A stretch of DNA of 64,000 nucleotides, from the NCBI GenBank assembly GCA_043228905.1, contig JBHGNT010000003.1:1736001-1800000 (forward strand). The letters are read 5' to 3'. Made by a program: the position numbers and the translations under genes. The notes under the pieces were generated by a model, which was given only the letters and a program-made list of their open reading frames with translations, did no database searches and was not told the origin of the DNA. How positions within the stretch are numbered: the first letter of the stretch is position 1; every line of letters starts with the position of its first letter. Positions 1 through 13,700 of the stretch are shown piece by piece. The stretch comes from Azolla caroliniana (lineage: Eukaryota > Plantae > Polypodiophyta).

Positions 1-1481
1 TCTCTTGGAGGGCTCTCACCATTAGATCATTGTCCATGATGCTCACAATAACCTTAGATATTTCCAACGCAATTGAATCTTGAGTTAGTGACAAGCTTGT
101 TGGGGATAGTTTCGATAAGTCTTAGCTAATGTTGTTCCAAATGTGCTCCTTGCTCAATATCCAAGCAATCATTTACAAGTCATAAATTTTATTTTTTCCA
201 TTTATAATCTACTCTTTAAAATTAGTTGTATATACGCTGTTAATTTCCCTTTTCAACAAGATGATATGTGTGAATGAATGGTTGGGCATTTTAGAGTTTG
301 TGAGTCTTCAAAGCTACTAACCTAGAATTTTTAGTGGTCTCAAAATTGTAATTTTGTTTCAAGTATTGTTTTTTGCACTTGTGATTTATATGTTGTGTAT
401 TTTAACATTGTCCACATGGGTTGTTCCAACCATTACCAATTTACAATGGTCCAATATAGAAGTTCATTTCTTTGAATTCTTTTATACATCTTCCAAGTGT
501 TTTGATCTCATTTTCATAGTGGCAAATCATTTTCCTCATAGTGTTTTCGATCCATAAGCATGTATCAACAACCATTTTCCATGAGTTATGATCTCAATGC
601 AAAGTGATCCCATCTCAAGACATAGGGAAGTGTATGACAACAATTTTTTCTTAACGTGGAGCACATTTGTAACAAAATGATTTGGGTCCACTTTTAGACT
701 TTTTTCAACTGGACTTAGGGTTGCAACTGCCCCATACTTCCACCCCAAAGAGAAGCTTCAATGTCACCCAAAGTGTCGAAAGTGTATTTCTTGACGACCC
801 ATCATTGAATTTCCTCACCATTGGACGTGTTCTCAAAAGCCCAATATCCTCTCTTTCCAGAGGACTACTGCTTAGTGATCGAAGGGAGAGAAGAAACCCA
901 TTTGATTTCTCACTAGCGGCCTAATGATTGCATAACTCAGAGGTTCCAACTGCTACAGTATAGAGGGACTTGAAACCCCACACGACCTCTAAGCCATGGG
1001 CGATGCATTCATTCGATCTACGATTCGAGGGAACTTCCAGGCCAAGGCCAAGTTGTTTAAGGATTTCTGGAGTTTCAAGTGGCTCATTACCACGGTCATT
1101 TGGGTCTACAAAGATCTACGGGGTTCCTGCGAGAAGCATCATAATCTTTATTTTTAGAGCTATTGACACTAAGCTTACAAGAGACAAAGAGAGAGGGGCA
1201 TATTTTGGAATTAAGAAAAACCCAGGGGTAGTGTCTTCACAATTCCTATAAACACTCTGTTTTGGAGGAAGAACAGAGACACAGATAACAGAGAGAAAGA
1301 GAAAGAGAAAGAGAGTAGATCTTTCTCTGTCTTTCGTTCTAAGCAGAGTGTAGGGCTAAAGAGTAAATAAGAAGAATTTACACAGAGTTTTGGAAGAGCA
1401 GAGAAACAGAGCAAAGGAACACACACACACACACACATACACACAGATAAAGAAACCCACAGAGAGACAGTGAAAGAAACC

Positions 1482-4400
1482 ATGTCTTGGTGTACTATAG
1501 AGTCTGACCCAGGTACTCATCTTATTCCTCCCCCCCATCTCTCTCTCTCTCTCTCTCTCCATCTCTTTTTGTTTACTTTTTGGTTTTGTTTCTGTGCATC
1601 CCTTCAAACCCTAAACCCTAAAATAAGAACAAAAGTTGTGCATATGAATCAACTCTTGCTTTTACATTTTTTGTGTAGAAGAAGATAATGTTAATTTCTG
1701 TTTATCTCTGTAATTAGAAGAAAAGAAGGGAGGAAAATGTCATTTTGTGTGTTGTTGAAGGCTCATTCATAGTACAATTTTTACTGTTTATTATTCTGCT
1801 ACTTCATTTCTTTCCAGGTTGAATTAAATCCAAATTTTGTAATTTATCAGTGACGCCATGCTATGTTGATCTATAAAATTGCTTGTATTACTAATATCAA
1901 TGACCTAAATACTTTTCAGAGAAATGAGTTTCGAATTGGTTAGGTCTCAAATCTTAATACTTGATTATGGGCTGTAATAACAATTCCCTTGATAAATTAA
2001 AAAATCTTTACTAAGAGGTTAATACAGTCAAACTTTCGATACAGATTGTAAAAGAAACACGGTAACTGGAAAATACATGATCATCGTGGAATTTCTATAG
2101 TCTCCCATGTTGTATGTTTATTCTGGATATGCTGATTTTATCAAGTGTCTTGTTATTGTAATTAAACAAACAAAAGTTCTCGTTTCAAATGATACTTTGT
2201 CACTTCATGCAGTAAAAGTAAGATTTTGACGTGTCACAACGAGTGACAAATGTATTGAGCTTTTGTGCTAACGTCTTTAGATGGCGTGTGCATATCACAA
2301 TTGTGTTACTTTATTAGCTCTTGTGCATGTCTTCTATTTGATATTTAGGGAAAAAGGATTAAATAATAAAGTTTTTTGTCTGTGACTTCTGGAAGTGAAC
2401 TCAATGGCACTTATTATTTGTGAAAGGGTGGAGTATCCTTTGCTCCTGCTCCATATCTTTAGTGAAGGCAATGCTCAACTTCCAAGTATATAGAAATAAA
2501 TCTGTATCCTGAACTAGGCTGTATTTGTTAAGTGTGACTGAATTCCACGTTTGAATTCCCATGCACTTATTAGACAAGATGAGTAATCGACAGTGGCCAC
2601 CATGAAGCCGTTTAACACATTTTAGAAAGAGACAGAAGTAACAAAATTCTACCTGTAGTTGAAGAATGCAAGAAATCAGAGGCAGAAGTAACAGAATTCT
2701 ACCTGTAGTCAGAGATACCTCCCATACCTTCCTAAAGATCACATACAAAGAAGTACAGACTTGAAGCCTTGAGGCAAATCCTTTTCTTTTTAAAAGTCCA
2801 TAGATCTTCTAATTCGTAACACTTCATTCCAATGGTTAGTGCAGGAGTTATTACAACGTTATGAAGTGTCTAATAGCCCAACAGAAATGTGTTTATGACG
2901 TGGCTGGATATTGGATGTTCAAACCTTGTATCACATCGGGATAACCTTTTAGGTTGATTCATGCCTCTTTCTCATAATCGTGGTGGAAGTATGAACAATG
3001 ACGGCCTTGGTTTTTTAATAAATTGATCCTGAGTGCTTGATTGAGTACAAAACAATCTAGTTTTTGTTGCTGTAATCCTTCCTCCAACTCCAGTATGAGA
3101 ATGCTGTTGATAGCATACAGAGGAGCCTATGAGAAAGCACCCTTGTTAGTTACATTGAACTCATAGGGACCATGAATCATCAAGTTTAACACGAAATTTA
3201 AGGAAAAAAATGTGAACCTAAGTTAGTGGGTTGGTGACGTGGAGGCTTGACAAGTAGGATGTATAATGCATCTGTTCTATCTCATAGAATGTTTTTTTTG
3301 GTGTAGGTGTTTTTACAGAGCTTATTCAACAGATGCAAGTTAAAGGGGTTCAGGTAAAACAATGCATTTTTGTCTGTTTTTCTTTCATGAAATGATCTTA
3401 AAGGATTTACATATAGGAAGCTAGATCAAGTGAGCTTGTAATTATCAATCGTAAATATTTATTTGAACTCACAGCATAAATATAAAGAAATTTGAGAGCT
3501 CATTGTGCTCTTTGAGCAATATTATGTCTTACATGCAGGATATGTATTGTATAAAACAGTCCACTCAGGTCTTTTAATGTAGAAAACTATCCTGTTAATG
3601 CAAAGGTTTTCACTTCATATAAACTGTAATTTGGTTTCCATATTCACATCATCATTGTAATGTTCATCGATTCTTTGAGAATGTCCATCCATAATATTTA
3701 CTCATTTTTAACTTCTCCAAAATCAACACGCACATGCACTTCTTTCTACTTTTTCTATTACTAGTACTGCTTACAAGTATTAGTAAGCATTACCGAGTCA
3801 TTCTGATTCTGATTAGAGAGCAAGTCATGACATTGCCCAATAAATATTTATAAATGTAATTGTTAACTTTTTTACATCAGATCAATATATTTGTTTCCAT
3901 ATTCATGTATGATGAGTACTCAGAGATGTATTAAACCAAACCATTGGTAGCACTAATATAATCAGTGTAAAGAAAAATAAACGTCATTACAGTAATCAAT
4001 AAGTTTCTGTAGATCTCACTCGCTTATTAACTTCGTTTTGTCTCTTTTTTTGTCATGGTTACAGGTGGAGGAGCTTTATAGCTTGGATCTTGAATCATTA
4101 AGTTTATTAAGGTACAAATTTGTGCATTTTAGGGTTTCAGTTTTTTTCATTAGTTAGCCTCATCGATGTAATTCTCTAATATGTGCAGGCCAGTATATGG
4201 TTTCATATTTTTGTTCAAATGGAGGCCAGGAGAGCGCGATACACGTCCAGTCATGAAAGAATACGATTCAAACTTGTTCTTTGCAAGCCAGGTAGGTTGT
4301 TAAGCATTGTATTACTAATCGAGTCCTCTATGCCTTGTGTTTTCTCATCTGATTTAAAAGAGTGTTTTCTTGCTTCTTATATAAACTAAAATGTAGGTAA

Positions 4401-5176
4401 TAAACAATGCTTGTGCAACGCAAGCCATTCTTTCGATTCTTATGAATCAACCAGAGATAGACATAGGTCCGGAGTTATCCATGCTGAAGGAATTTACAAA
4501 GGAATTCCCACCTGAGCTGAAAGGGCTCGCGATAAACAATAGTGAAGCCATCCGAGCGGCACATAATAGTTTTGCAAGGCCGGAGCCATTTGTTCCCGAT
4601 GAGCAGAAAGTGGCCGATAAAGACGATGATGTATATCACTTTATCAGCTATCTTCCTGTAAATGGTACACTTTATGAGCTGGACGGATTAAAGGAAGGAC
4701 CAATAAGACTTGGGGAGTGTGGAAGCGGTGATCCTGATAGCATGGATTGGTTGAAAATGGTACAACCCGTTATTCAAGAAAGGATTGAGAAATACTCTAA
4801 AAGCGAGATTCGGTTCAACTTGATGGCAATCATAAGGAACCGCAAGGAGATGTATAATGATGAGTTAGAGAGACTCCACCAACAAAAAGCCCAGATTTTG
4901 GAACAGCTCGGAATAAAGCATGAGGATCATCACATGGATATTGACTATGGTTTGAGTTCTTTTGGGCAACTTAGGAAGAATTTAGCTGAAGTGGAAACCA
5001 AAATGGCGAGTGTTGTAGAGAAGATAGCTATGGAAGAGGAGAAATTCAAGAAATGGAAAACAGAGAATATTCGTCGTAAACATAATTACATACCTTTCTT
5101 GTTCAATTTCCTCAAGATCTTGGCTGAGAAAAAGCAATTGAAACCACTCATTGAAAAGGCAAGACAGAAGACATGA
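1482..5176 (+). CDS. UCH2: Ubiquitin carboxyl-terminal hydrolase, UCH37/UCHL5 (plant UCH1/UCH2) type; 5 exons: 1482-1512, 3307-3353, 4065-4111, 4189-4291, 4397-5176
   Basis: Spliced translation [34 protein letters not shown]...[11 protein letters not shown]...[15 protein letters not shown] (catalytic Cys) ...YHFISY...LYELDGLK (His/Asp), plus C-terminal RRKHNYIPF tail; GT-AG introns keep the frame. Confidence 0.95.
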
Positions 5177-6554
5177 ATGCCATTTTCATCCCATTTCAAA
5201 AGTGTGAATCTTTGCTATTTCCCAATACAAAAAATTGCAGAGGATTACGCGTACTATGCTCTACTTTAAGCATCAAGTCATCCTTCAATTTTGGTGGGAA
5301 TTAATGTTAGAAGTGGGAAGACCAACCTTTTTCGATGAAACAAACATGTGCATGGTAGAAATAAAGCGACCACCCTCTATTTTTTGAGGTGGAGCTTTGA
5401 CTAATATTTAATCCTGGATGGGATCATATGTGAAATGCATGTGATGGTGGTGGGTGTGGGTTATTTGTTTTTCAAGTAAAACTTGCGAACCATGGTATAT
5501 AAATCAGATGATTGGACTTCGTTAAAAGGCATCTAAAATGTGTTTTTACTTCTTTTATTGAGTCAACTCATGAACCACATGGTACTTGAAGGGCATCTAA
5601 GAGTGTTGTTACTTGTAATCAGATTAGTCAACTTTTGCTGAAAGAATGCATTGTTGCTTGTTTTCCTAAGCGAACTTGCAAATCTGTTGGAAAGAAATCA
5701 GATTAGTTTGTTTTCCCAAGTGATCTTGCTAACCAGTTGTAAATAAATCAGATTATTAAACTGTGCTATGAATCACATTAAAGTTATTTGCTTTTCTTTG
5801 AAGAGGAATTTGTTTTATTAGCACCTGCCTTGCAGTCATTCGCTTAATAGTTTTGTTGTAGTTCGATTGTGTAGCACTAGATTTCTCATCAGCTTCCTTG
5901 TTATAAGGCTCTATATAAGAATCAGAGAAGGCATATTGGCTAAATATTATATATGTTTGATGTATCATGAGAAACAGAATGTACCTCAACATAATCACAT
6001 TCATTGTGTTTAGAATTTGTGCCTTTATTATGTCATTTTTCTCTTCTTTCATTGGGAAAGGTTAAAACTTTTTATGGGACATTTTCAAGATGATCCCAAA
6101 GACTGATGTTCTACAACTGGGTTTTGTTACTGGCTTACTCAACATTTTATTATGTCTTTTTTCACTTGATTGCACATTATATTGGTAAAGTTACAAACAC
6201 CAAATGATCATATGCATTCAATTAATTCTCCATCAATCTCTGAGCTGAATGTACAATAAAATTAAACTTGAGAATACCATACATTCTCTTCATTACTATA
6301 CATTTTTGGAGGATATCAAATGAGCAATAAATAATGATTCCTTCATTGAATGAGGAAGTCAAATGATAATTCCTTGATAAGGATATCAGATAATGACTCC
6401 ATAACTAAGGATGTTAAGAGTTACAAATTATGAATCATGACGCTTTATGATTCCTTCATAAATGATGATACGACCTTCCAGATGGAAGGACTTGCATGTT
6501 AAAATTGTGGTATGAACATCATTATGATCACATGGAATGCACAACAATGTGAAA

Positions 6555-9500
6555 TTACACCATTTCTAAAACAGTCTCTGAAGAACTCGTCTTGTTTTGT
6601 TTAGGTGGCAAGACATAGTAATGCAACAACTTGCATTCTAAACCACCAACAGTAATCGGCCATTTCTTATTGCTTTTCATGTGCAATCCTCTACTTGCCA
6701 ATGAATTCCCACTTAGAGCATACACATCGGCATTATTACATCTCTTCTTCAAAAAACTTCCAAGGCCTTGCCAAATAGGAAGAACGTTCTCCGGTTCATC
6801 CCTGCTATTCAAAGACAAGCAACAAACATATTAATGCATAAGTTCAATTGCACCCTAACGACATTCAACAAACCCCATGGAAACTGAGGTTTAATGAATA
6901 GTAGGTCATAACTTCAATTGCACCCAAATGAGCCCCATTAAATTTGGAAAAAAACCCATAGAAATTGAGGTTTTTGCATCAGAACAATGAAAAATGGATG
7001 ACTTTTCAAGTTATCAAACTAGAAAAACAAAAAAAATCCATAGAAACAGTTTTTTGCATTTTGGAATATGGATGAATATTTTACCAGTTAAAAGAGAAAA
7101 AAAACAAAAACAGTTCCTTATAAATCTTTTTTTGGGTATAACTTTTGATTTTTCCTATTAAACAAGACAAATTTAATAATATACGGAAATCAAGCTTTGT
7201 TTTGCAGCTGCAATTTATTTTGAAACCTATTAAAAGTAGAAGAAACCAATTCTATGGAAACCAAACCTTTCTGCTTTCTGTAAGTGTATGATATACTTTA
7301 CCTATCAGAACCCAGTCGACCACCCCAAGGGGGATTAACTACGACCAAGCCTGGATTGATTGGTGGGATATATTCTTCGCAATCATTGCAGGAAAGGTCA
7401 ATAAGATGATCAACACCAGCGGATTTGGCATCTTTGCTACACAATGAAACCGCCCCTTCATGAATGTCATTTCCTAATAATACAAGTTCTTTCGGAGGCA
7501 AAACAACACTCTCGACTGCTGCTCTCTTGCATTCGTTCCACAACTCCTCATCAAAATCATGCCATGTCTGTGATCGATATATATAGCACTTTAAATCTCT
7601 TCTTAGAAAATATTAGAGAGAAAGAGAAGGCAACATTTTATAAAGAGTAAATGTTCATGAGTCATTATAACCATATCACTTAAGTTCAAGAAAAGAGTTA
7701 TTTTGAAGCTCTTTTTCTACACATGATTTCATTACAGAAGTGCTCAACTTTAAGGGATTGTACACTCCCAGTGGAATGGATGAAATGATAAACGGGTTTC
7801 CAAATAGGCCTCAAATGCATGTGATATACAGATGGTTTCTAAGCCTATTAGATTTGGGTTCTCTCAAGGAAAATGAATTCTTTATGGTACTCATTTGTAT
7901 GTGTGTAAAATGAAACCAGATAAATGGGTTTCCAAATAGGCCTCAAATGCATGTGATACAGATGGTTTCCTTCATTTTACACACATACAAATGAATATCA
8001 TTTAAAGATGAAGTAAGAAAAGAATTCATTTTCCTTGAGAGAACCCAAATCTAATAAGCTTAGAAACAGTTTTTAAAAATAAAATATTACTTCATTCTGA
8101 CGGGTATCATTTTAGTAGGGGTATATATAGTTTGTAGAAAAAGAGTGCAAGTGATATAAAGAGTTTTACATCTAAAATGACCAAGAAAAATCCACATATA
8201 ACGGATTCTCTCAATAGAATCTTGATGGGTATCATTTTAGTGGGGTATATATAGTTTGTGAAAATGAGTGCATGTAAAATGACCCAGAGAAATCCACATA
8301 TAACAGTATCTTTCAATAGGATCTTGATACACACATGATATACAGGATTTACATAGACCTATCATTACCTCAAAAGGCCATTTTCCCCAAGTCTTCAATG
8401 TAAACATAGCACGTGATTTCAACAGAGAGGTCACCTTTAAGATTTTGTATTTACACATTTTGCTATGCCAATGTGCAGTACCATGGAAACAGGAGAAGCC
8501 TGAATTTTATTTATGGAAAAATCCAGATATAAACAGGATTTTTAAAATAGGCCTCTTGGAATGCAAGAGCTATGGAGGGTTTATACATTGCAATTTGAGA
8601 CCCGGGCCTCCTTAAATACACCTCCCAAAACACATGCAACATAGAGGGGTTTAACTATGGGGATTGTGGTCTATTTACATAGGCCCATTGGGACACAAAG
8701 TGATATAGGAAGTTTCACATATAGTGAGCCATATCCATTTTAAATAGGTTCTCGAATCATGTCCAAGGTCTAATTTAAATTGATCTCCCTGACCACATGA
8801 TAGAGAGAGTTTACATAAAGTGATGCAGGTCAATTTTAAATAGACCTAGCAAAATGCAACTGATATGGCGGGTTTACATATAGAAAATCAATGTGTACCT
8901 GGAAAGTCCAATGTTGTCTCATGAGGCCTGGGGCTCGGTTGCATGCCATGAGTGCAGCTTCGATCAGAAAGGTTCCTGAACCACACATCGGATCTAACAA
9001 AGCCATATTGTCCCCTTCAACACGACGCTCATTAGACAGTCCAAAACCAGAAATCCTCGGGTTCCATCCAGCTATACTAAGTATCCCAGCAGCTATAGCT
9101 TCATTCAAACTTGCCCTATGCATCACATCCCTATATCCTCTTCTATGCAAACTTATGCCACTCATATCTCTGTATAGGGTTGCGTGATCCCGGTACAGCG
9201 ACAAGAACAAAGGAACGTCGGCAGATGCCCCACCCTCTTCGGGGGGTTGTGGTTTCAAACCCCCACAGGAATCCCGGATGGAATCACATATCGCATCTTT
9301 TGCTCGAACCGATGCAAACATGGTGTTGTTCACGAGATAGCAATTGTGGGCACGTGCCTGTACAGCAAATGTCCGGAAATGCCAAGAAGACCTTGAGCTA
9401 TTTGACATATATTTATCACCTCTATAGTTACCGGAATTGCGCTTTCCATGTGTGCTATTAAACCCATCATTTCCATTCCAACGATTTTGATCGCCATCAT

Positions 9501-9915
9501 TTCGATTCCGGTTCACATCATCCATAGCCAGAATCTCTTTCCAATCCACACATTCCCTAACAAATTCATATATGGGGTCTTTTCGAGTACCTTTCCTTTG
9601 TTGATTCAAGGGAGAAGACGCGATCTCGACAAGGACCCGAACTGCGGATCGGAGCCACAGATTGGCATTATAAGCTGTGAGAAGAGTGCCCGAGAAAGAG
9701 ACTCCGGAGGATCCGATCGCCACATCAGATGCAGAAATAGGCGGGTGCGAAAGCTCCGCCGATACAACCTCCTCGAGACCGGGGGCACAAGTAGCAAAGA
9801 ATCGATGGGTAGGGAGAGAAGGAGAACAGTTAAGGCGAGGATTAAGGGAGGTATTAAGAGGATGGTAATGAAGAGGGTGATTAAATGTGGAGGAAGGTCC
9901 CAAGCACTGCTCCAT
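6555..9915 (-). CDS. THUMP + UPF0020 RNA guanine-N2 methyltransferase (RlmL-like), probably organelle-targeted; exons 9915-8899, 7567-7302, 6801-6555
   Basis: FFATCAPGLEEVV, NLWLRSAVRVL, SLHRRGYR, LNEAIAAGIL, LLDPMCGSGTFLIEAA (SAM binding), VVNPPWG (motif IV); Ser/Pro/His-rich N-terminal extension; GT-AG junctions restore the frame. Confidence 0.88.
7787..8066. repeat. Fold-back plus direct repeat in intron 1 of the RlmL-like gene
   Basis: 7836-7883 is a near-perfect reverse complement of 8019-8066; 7891-7914 pairs with 7971-7994; a ~50-bp direct repeat lies at 7787-7839 and 7919-7969. Confidence 0.8.
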
Positions 9916-10215
9916 CCTTTCCTTTCCTTTCCTTTCCTTTCCTTCTTCTTCTTCTTCTTCTTTCTTGGTAGTTTGTTTCTAAGGTTTCATGCCATGGATT
10001 GGATGGTGTAAAGGCCTAGACCCCTTCACTCAATGTACAACAGATAAACAGGGGTTTTTGTGTTCTTTAAATACTTCTTCTTTGGATATTTATATCCAAA
10101 TCTTTCCATACCTCCCAGGAGAAGCCAGCCCAGGATGTTGCACCGAACATTCAAAGATACATGGTCGAGGACATCATCCATAGTACATACCATACCAGAT
10201 TGGTTTGGAGGCATG

Positions 10216-10760
10216 TAACAATTGGCAACGGTTCGGTTCGGTTCGAACCGACCTGCGAAACCGCGTCTTAATGGTTTAAACGGTTTGGTTTGGTTCAATT
10301 CAGGTTCATGTTCAGGTTTTTGTGAACGGTCTGATTTCAGTTTCGGCTTGGGGGTTTACCGGCTCCGCTCGGTTCGGTTCGAGCCTTTATTGGTTTAACG
10401 GTTTTCAGTTAAAACGGTTTGAAATTGCAGTTCAAACGCTTTAAAAAATTTACGTTTGAAATATTGAAAAATTTTAAAAATTTTAAATTAAAAGGTGAAA
10501 TTTTGAATTTTGAGCTAACTTGAAAACCAAAACCAAATCACAAAACGATGGTTTTAATGATTTAAAGGTTTAAACATTTAAAAGTCTCTAAAACTGTTTG
10601 GTTTGAGCTTGAATTTTTTGTAACAGTTTAGTTTAAACGGTTTTAGTTTAAATAGTTTCGTGGTTTGGTTTGGCTCAGTTTAAGTTTCAATTTTTTTAAA
10701 CGGTTTGGTTTGGTTTGAGTTTAACACTCTCGAACTAAACCAAACCATTGCCGATTGTTA
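10216..10760. mobile_element. hAT-type MITE (545 bp)
   Basis: Imperfect ~31-bp TIRs (TAACAATTGGCAACGGTTCGGTTCGGTTCGA / TCGAACTAAACCAAACCATTGCCGATTGTTA); 8-bp TSD GAGGCATG/GAGACATG; many subterminal GGTTY/AACCG motifs. Confidence 0.85.
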
Positions 10761-13700
10761 GAGACATGCCCAAATTTTAGTCGATTGATCATCATTGAAA
10801 CTTTTTCTAGAACACAGGATTCGACACAAATCTACTATATCGGTCATACAATCATTATATGGATTGGTATAACACTTGATAGGTCATTCAAGACTCTCAT
10901 GAGCCCTAGGAGATAGGTCATAATCACAAAGCCCTCAAGTAGCTCGAATATAGCATAATGGTTTTCTAAGATTGCAATGATCGCATGAGGTTTCCGTAGA
11001 TTGATAACAATCCTCACCGTGGCATTTGTTGCATTGAAAAATTGTACAATTTCCATTCATGTCTCAACACAACTCGTGGCCTCAAAGTGTCGAGGTGGCC
11101 TCGCCCAATAATCGTCGTGGTTTCTTAACGATTTGATTTAGATCTCTTATTGGTTTCCTATGCATTTGGACAACATAAATCTCTTAATGGTTTGTTGGCA
11201 CCTCAAATTCATCAAATTTAAGAAAAAAACGGTTTGAAGTTTTCTTCAAGCCTCATTGTTGTCAAAATTAAAACAATGGCCTTGAATTTTATGTGAAGTA
11301 GTTAAGATCATTGTAACTGGATTCCCCATACGTGCCCCTTAACACACTACTATGTTGACTTGGGAGCAATACTTGATTGTTCTTTTTTGCCAAAATATTA
11401 AACCTTCACTTATTTATTAACCATAATTCCAAGGCTTATTCCATAATATACATAATACAATCACAATGACACATGGGAGGCCTACTAGATCAAGTTGACA
11501 CTGTCGTCGATTACAAATTCATGATGCCAAATCAAGAATGTCCCCTCCACCGAACTCTTTTCTTTCCTATCTTGCAATCACATACATGTGCTTAAAACTA
11601 TATTGTTTTGCCTAGATTGGGATATTTTTGTTTAAAATTCATGAACTTTATCGCCTCTTTTTCTAAACCCTAAACCCTTTTCAGCAAACAAACGGCTTGC
11701 AATAGAATATATTAAGCTAATATGGCACATGCTAATAACTACATTGAGGGTCCAATATGAGCGGATTGATGGAACAGATGATGCTTCAGATTTAATGAGG
11801 CTGAAATTCAGAAAAAGATGGTGTACTACACCAATGGCTACAGAAATAGGAGTGGATATACGATGGCAGTACGTAGTACCGAGATGGTTGTTCCCCCCTC
11901 CCATTAGATGATAGAGGGGCGTGAATGACACAACAAACATGGAGAACAAACATGTGGGCTATTTAGTTTAAGATAAATAAGTGATGTAGTCCATATGGAA
12001 GTGGGTAATGTCTAAAGTTGTGTATTGTATGTCATTCTAACTAATGGAGTATATTCTTCTTTGGAAAAAAAGAAGAAGAATAAATAAATAAATAAAAAAG
12101 CCCTATCCTGCATTTGTATACACATGCTTAAATCTTATATAATTTTGCTTAGATTGGGATGTTTTTGTTATTTAATATATTAACTAAACTTTTAATATGA
12201 AATTGTTTCCATTGCCTCCTCCACAAAAGGCTTGACATGAGGGAAAGACCCTTGCAAAATATCTCCTCGAGAAAAAGCTTGTTTATTCATGGAACCTATG
12301 AAGTGGCTATCTCATGAAGATTGGAGTGAGCCATACATTGAACCGTTACTTGTAATAAAATGTATTTATTACCCCCTATTTATTTCCCTTGCAATGTCTT
12401 GACATGAGAGGAGTCCTCATGAGGATCTTCATAAGAGCACCTTTTTCTCACATGGAACCAATTGAGTCATTCCCTCCTAAAGGTCCTCTTGAGTCATTCA
12501 TCAACCCACCCATTGGAATCAAATCTCCCAACCAACTCAACACAAAGGAGGTTGACAAAATTGTAAAGCCATCACGTGGGAAACCTTCTTAAAGGAGGCT
12601 CTCCACCAAATAACATATCCATTCTCTCATTAAAACTATGAAAATCGCTTTCTCATGAAGGCTTGTGTGAGCGCATGACATCTCGAAATGTTCACACTGT
12701 GAGCATGTCTTCCTATCGATAGAGTTTTGCCTCCACACTAATATCATTGGTTCAGGGATTCAAACCTTCATATCCCTATTAGTGGCGAACAGGGCGTCAG
12801 TTATTGTTAATTGCACTTGAGCCCCTAGCCTCGCATACCATAACCTCGTTTCTCACTCATGGTCCTTTTTTATAACTCTAGTTAAGAAGCTAATTCATAC
12901 CCTATGAAGGCTTAAACATCAAGCATACATATACATAAAAGAGAATGATTACACATGGTAGTACTAGTTTAAGCCATAATAATAATTTGGTGAAGGCCAT
13001 ATATACACATATTAGGGATAAATCTTTATAAAGAATATAAGGCAACCCAAAAGAGAAGCAAAGATAGACATAAACAAAAAGCAATGACAAGAGTGGAGGG
13101 CATTTTCTTGGCATTTTCTGTAATGTTTCTAGAGGGTGAGTAGCCCTATTAAGGAGGGGCTACATTCTATAGAAGAAGAGGAAGAAAACAAGCCATCACA
13201 CGCTCTTTTAGAGTTGAACAAGGTAGCAATGTCTTAACCAAATAGGTGTGCCAATTTGTAGTAGGCTTTAAACGACATGAAGAAGTACCTATTTGAGAAA
13301 TCCTAGTTAACACCATGTTCTTCTTTTTGCGACCCAATGGGTATTTGCACTTAAACATTTGAGCTTTGTGGAGGGAGAACAGAGTCGAAAAAGTTGAACA
13401 TTTGAATAAGTTGTCGACATTAAACATATTTCTTTCCTATTTAAGGATAGGAGAGTCCAAATTTGATGTTGTTTGTCTCATTGTATTCATTTAAAAAACT
13501 GTTCTTTTCAAAAAGTGTGGTAAAGACTAAATTTTGAGATCTCTTGCGTCAAGGTTCTTAGTCATATCACTTATAATAAGTCCTATTGAAACTTCTAACT
13601 ATTTAAGCAAATTGACTCTCAAATAGTTGCAAGTATATCCATCACCCATGGATGTTAAAAAGTATATCTATCTATCTATCTATCTATCATTGAACTCATG

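Noticed and set aside
1-1250. Short ORFs or a possible decayed transposon upstream of the UCH gene
   Set aside because: No motif, terminal repeat or TSD I can support
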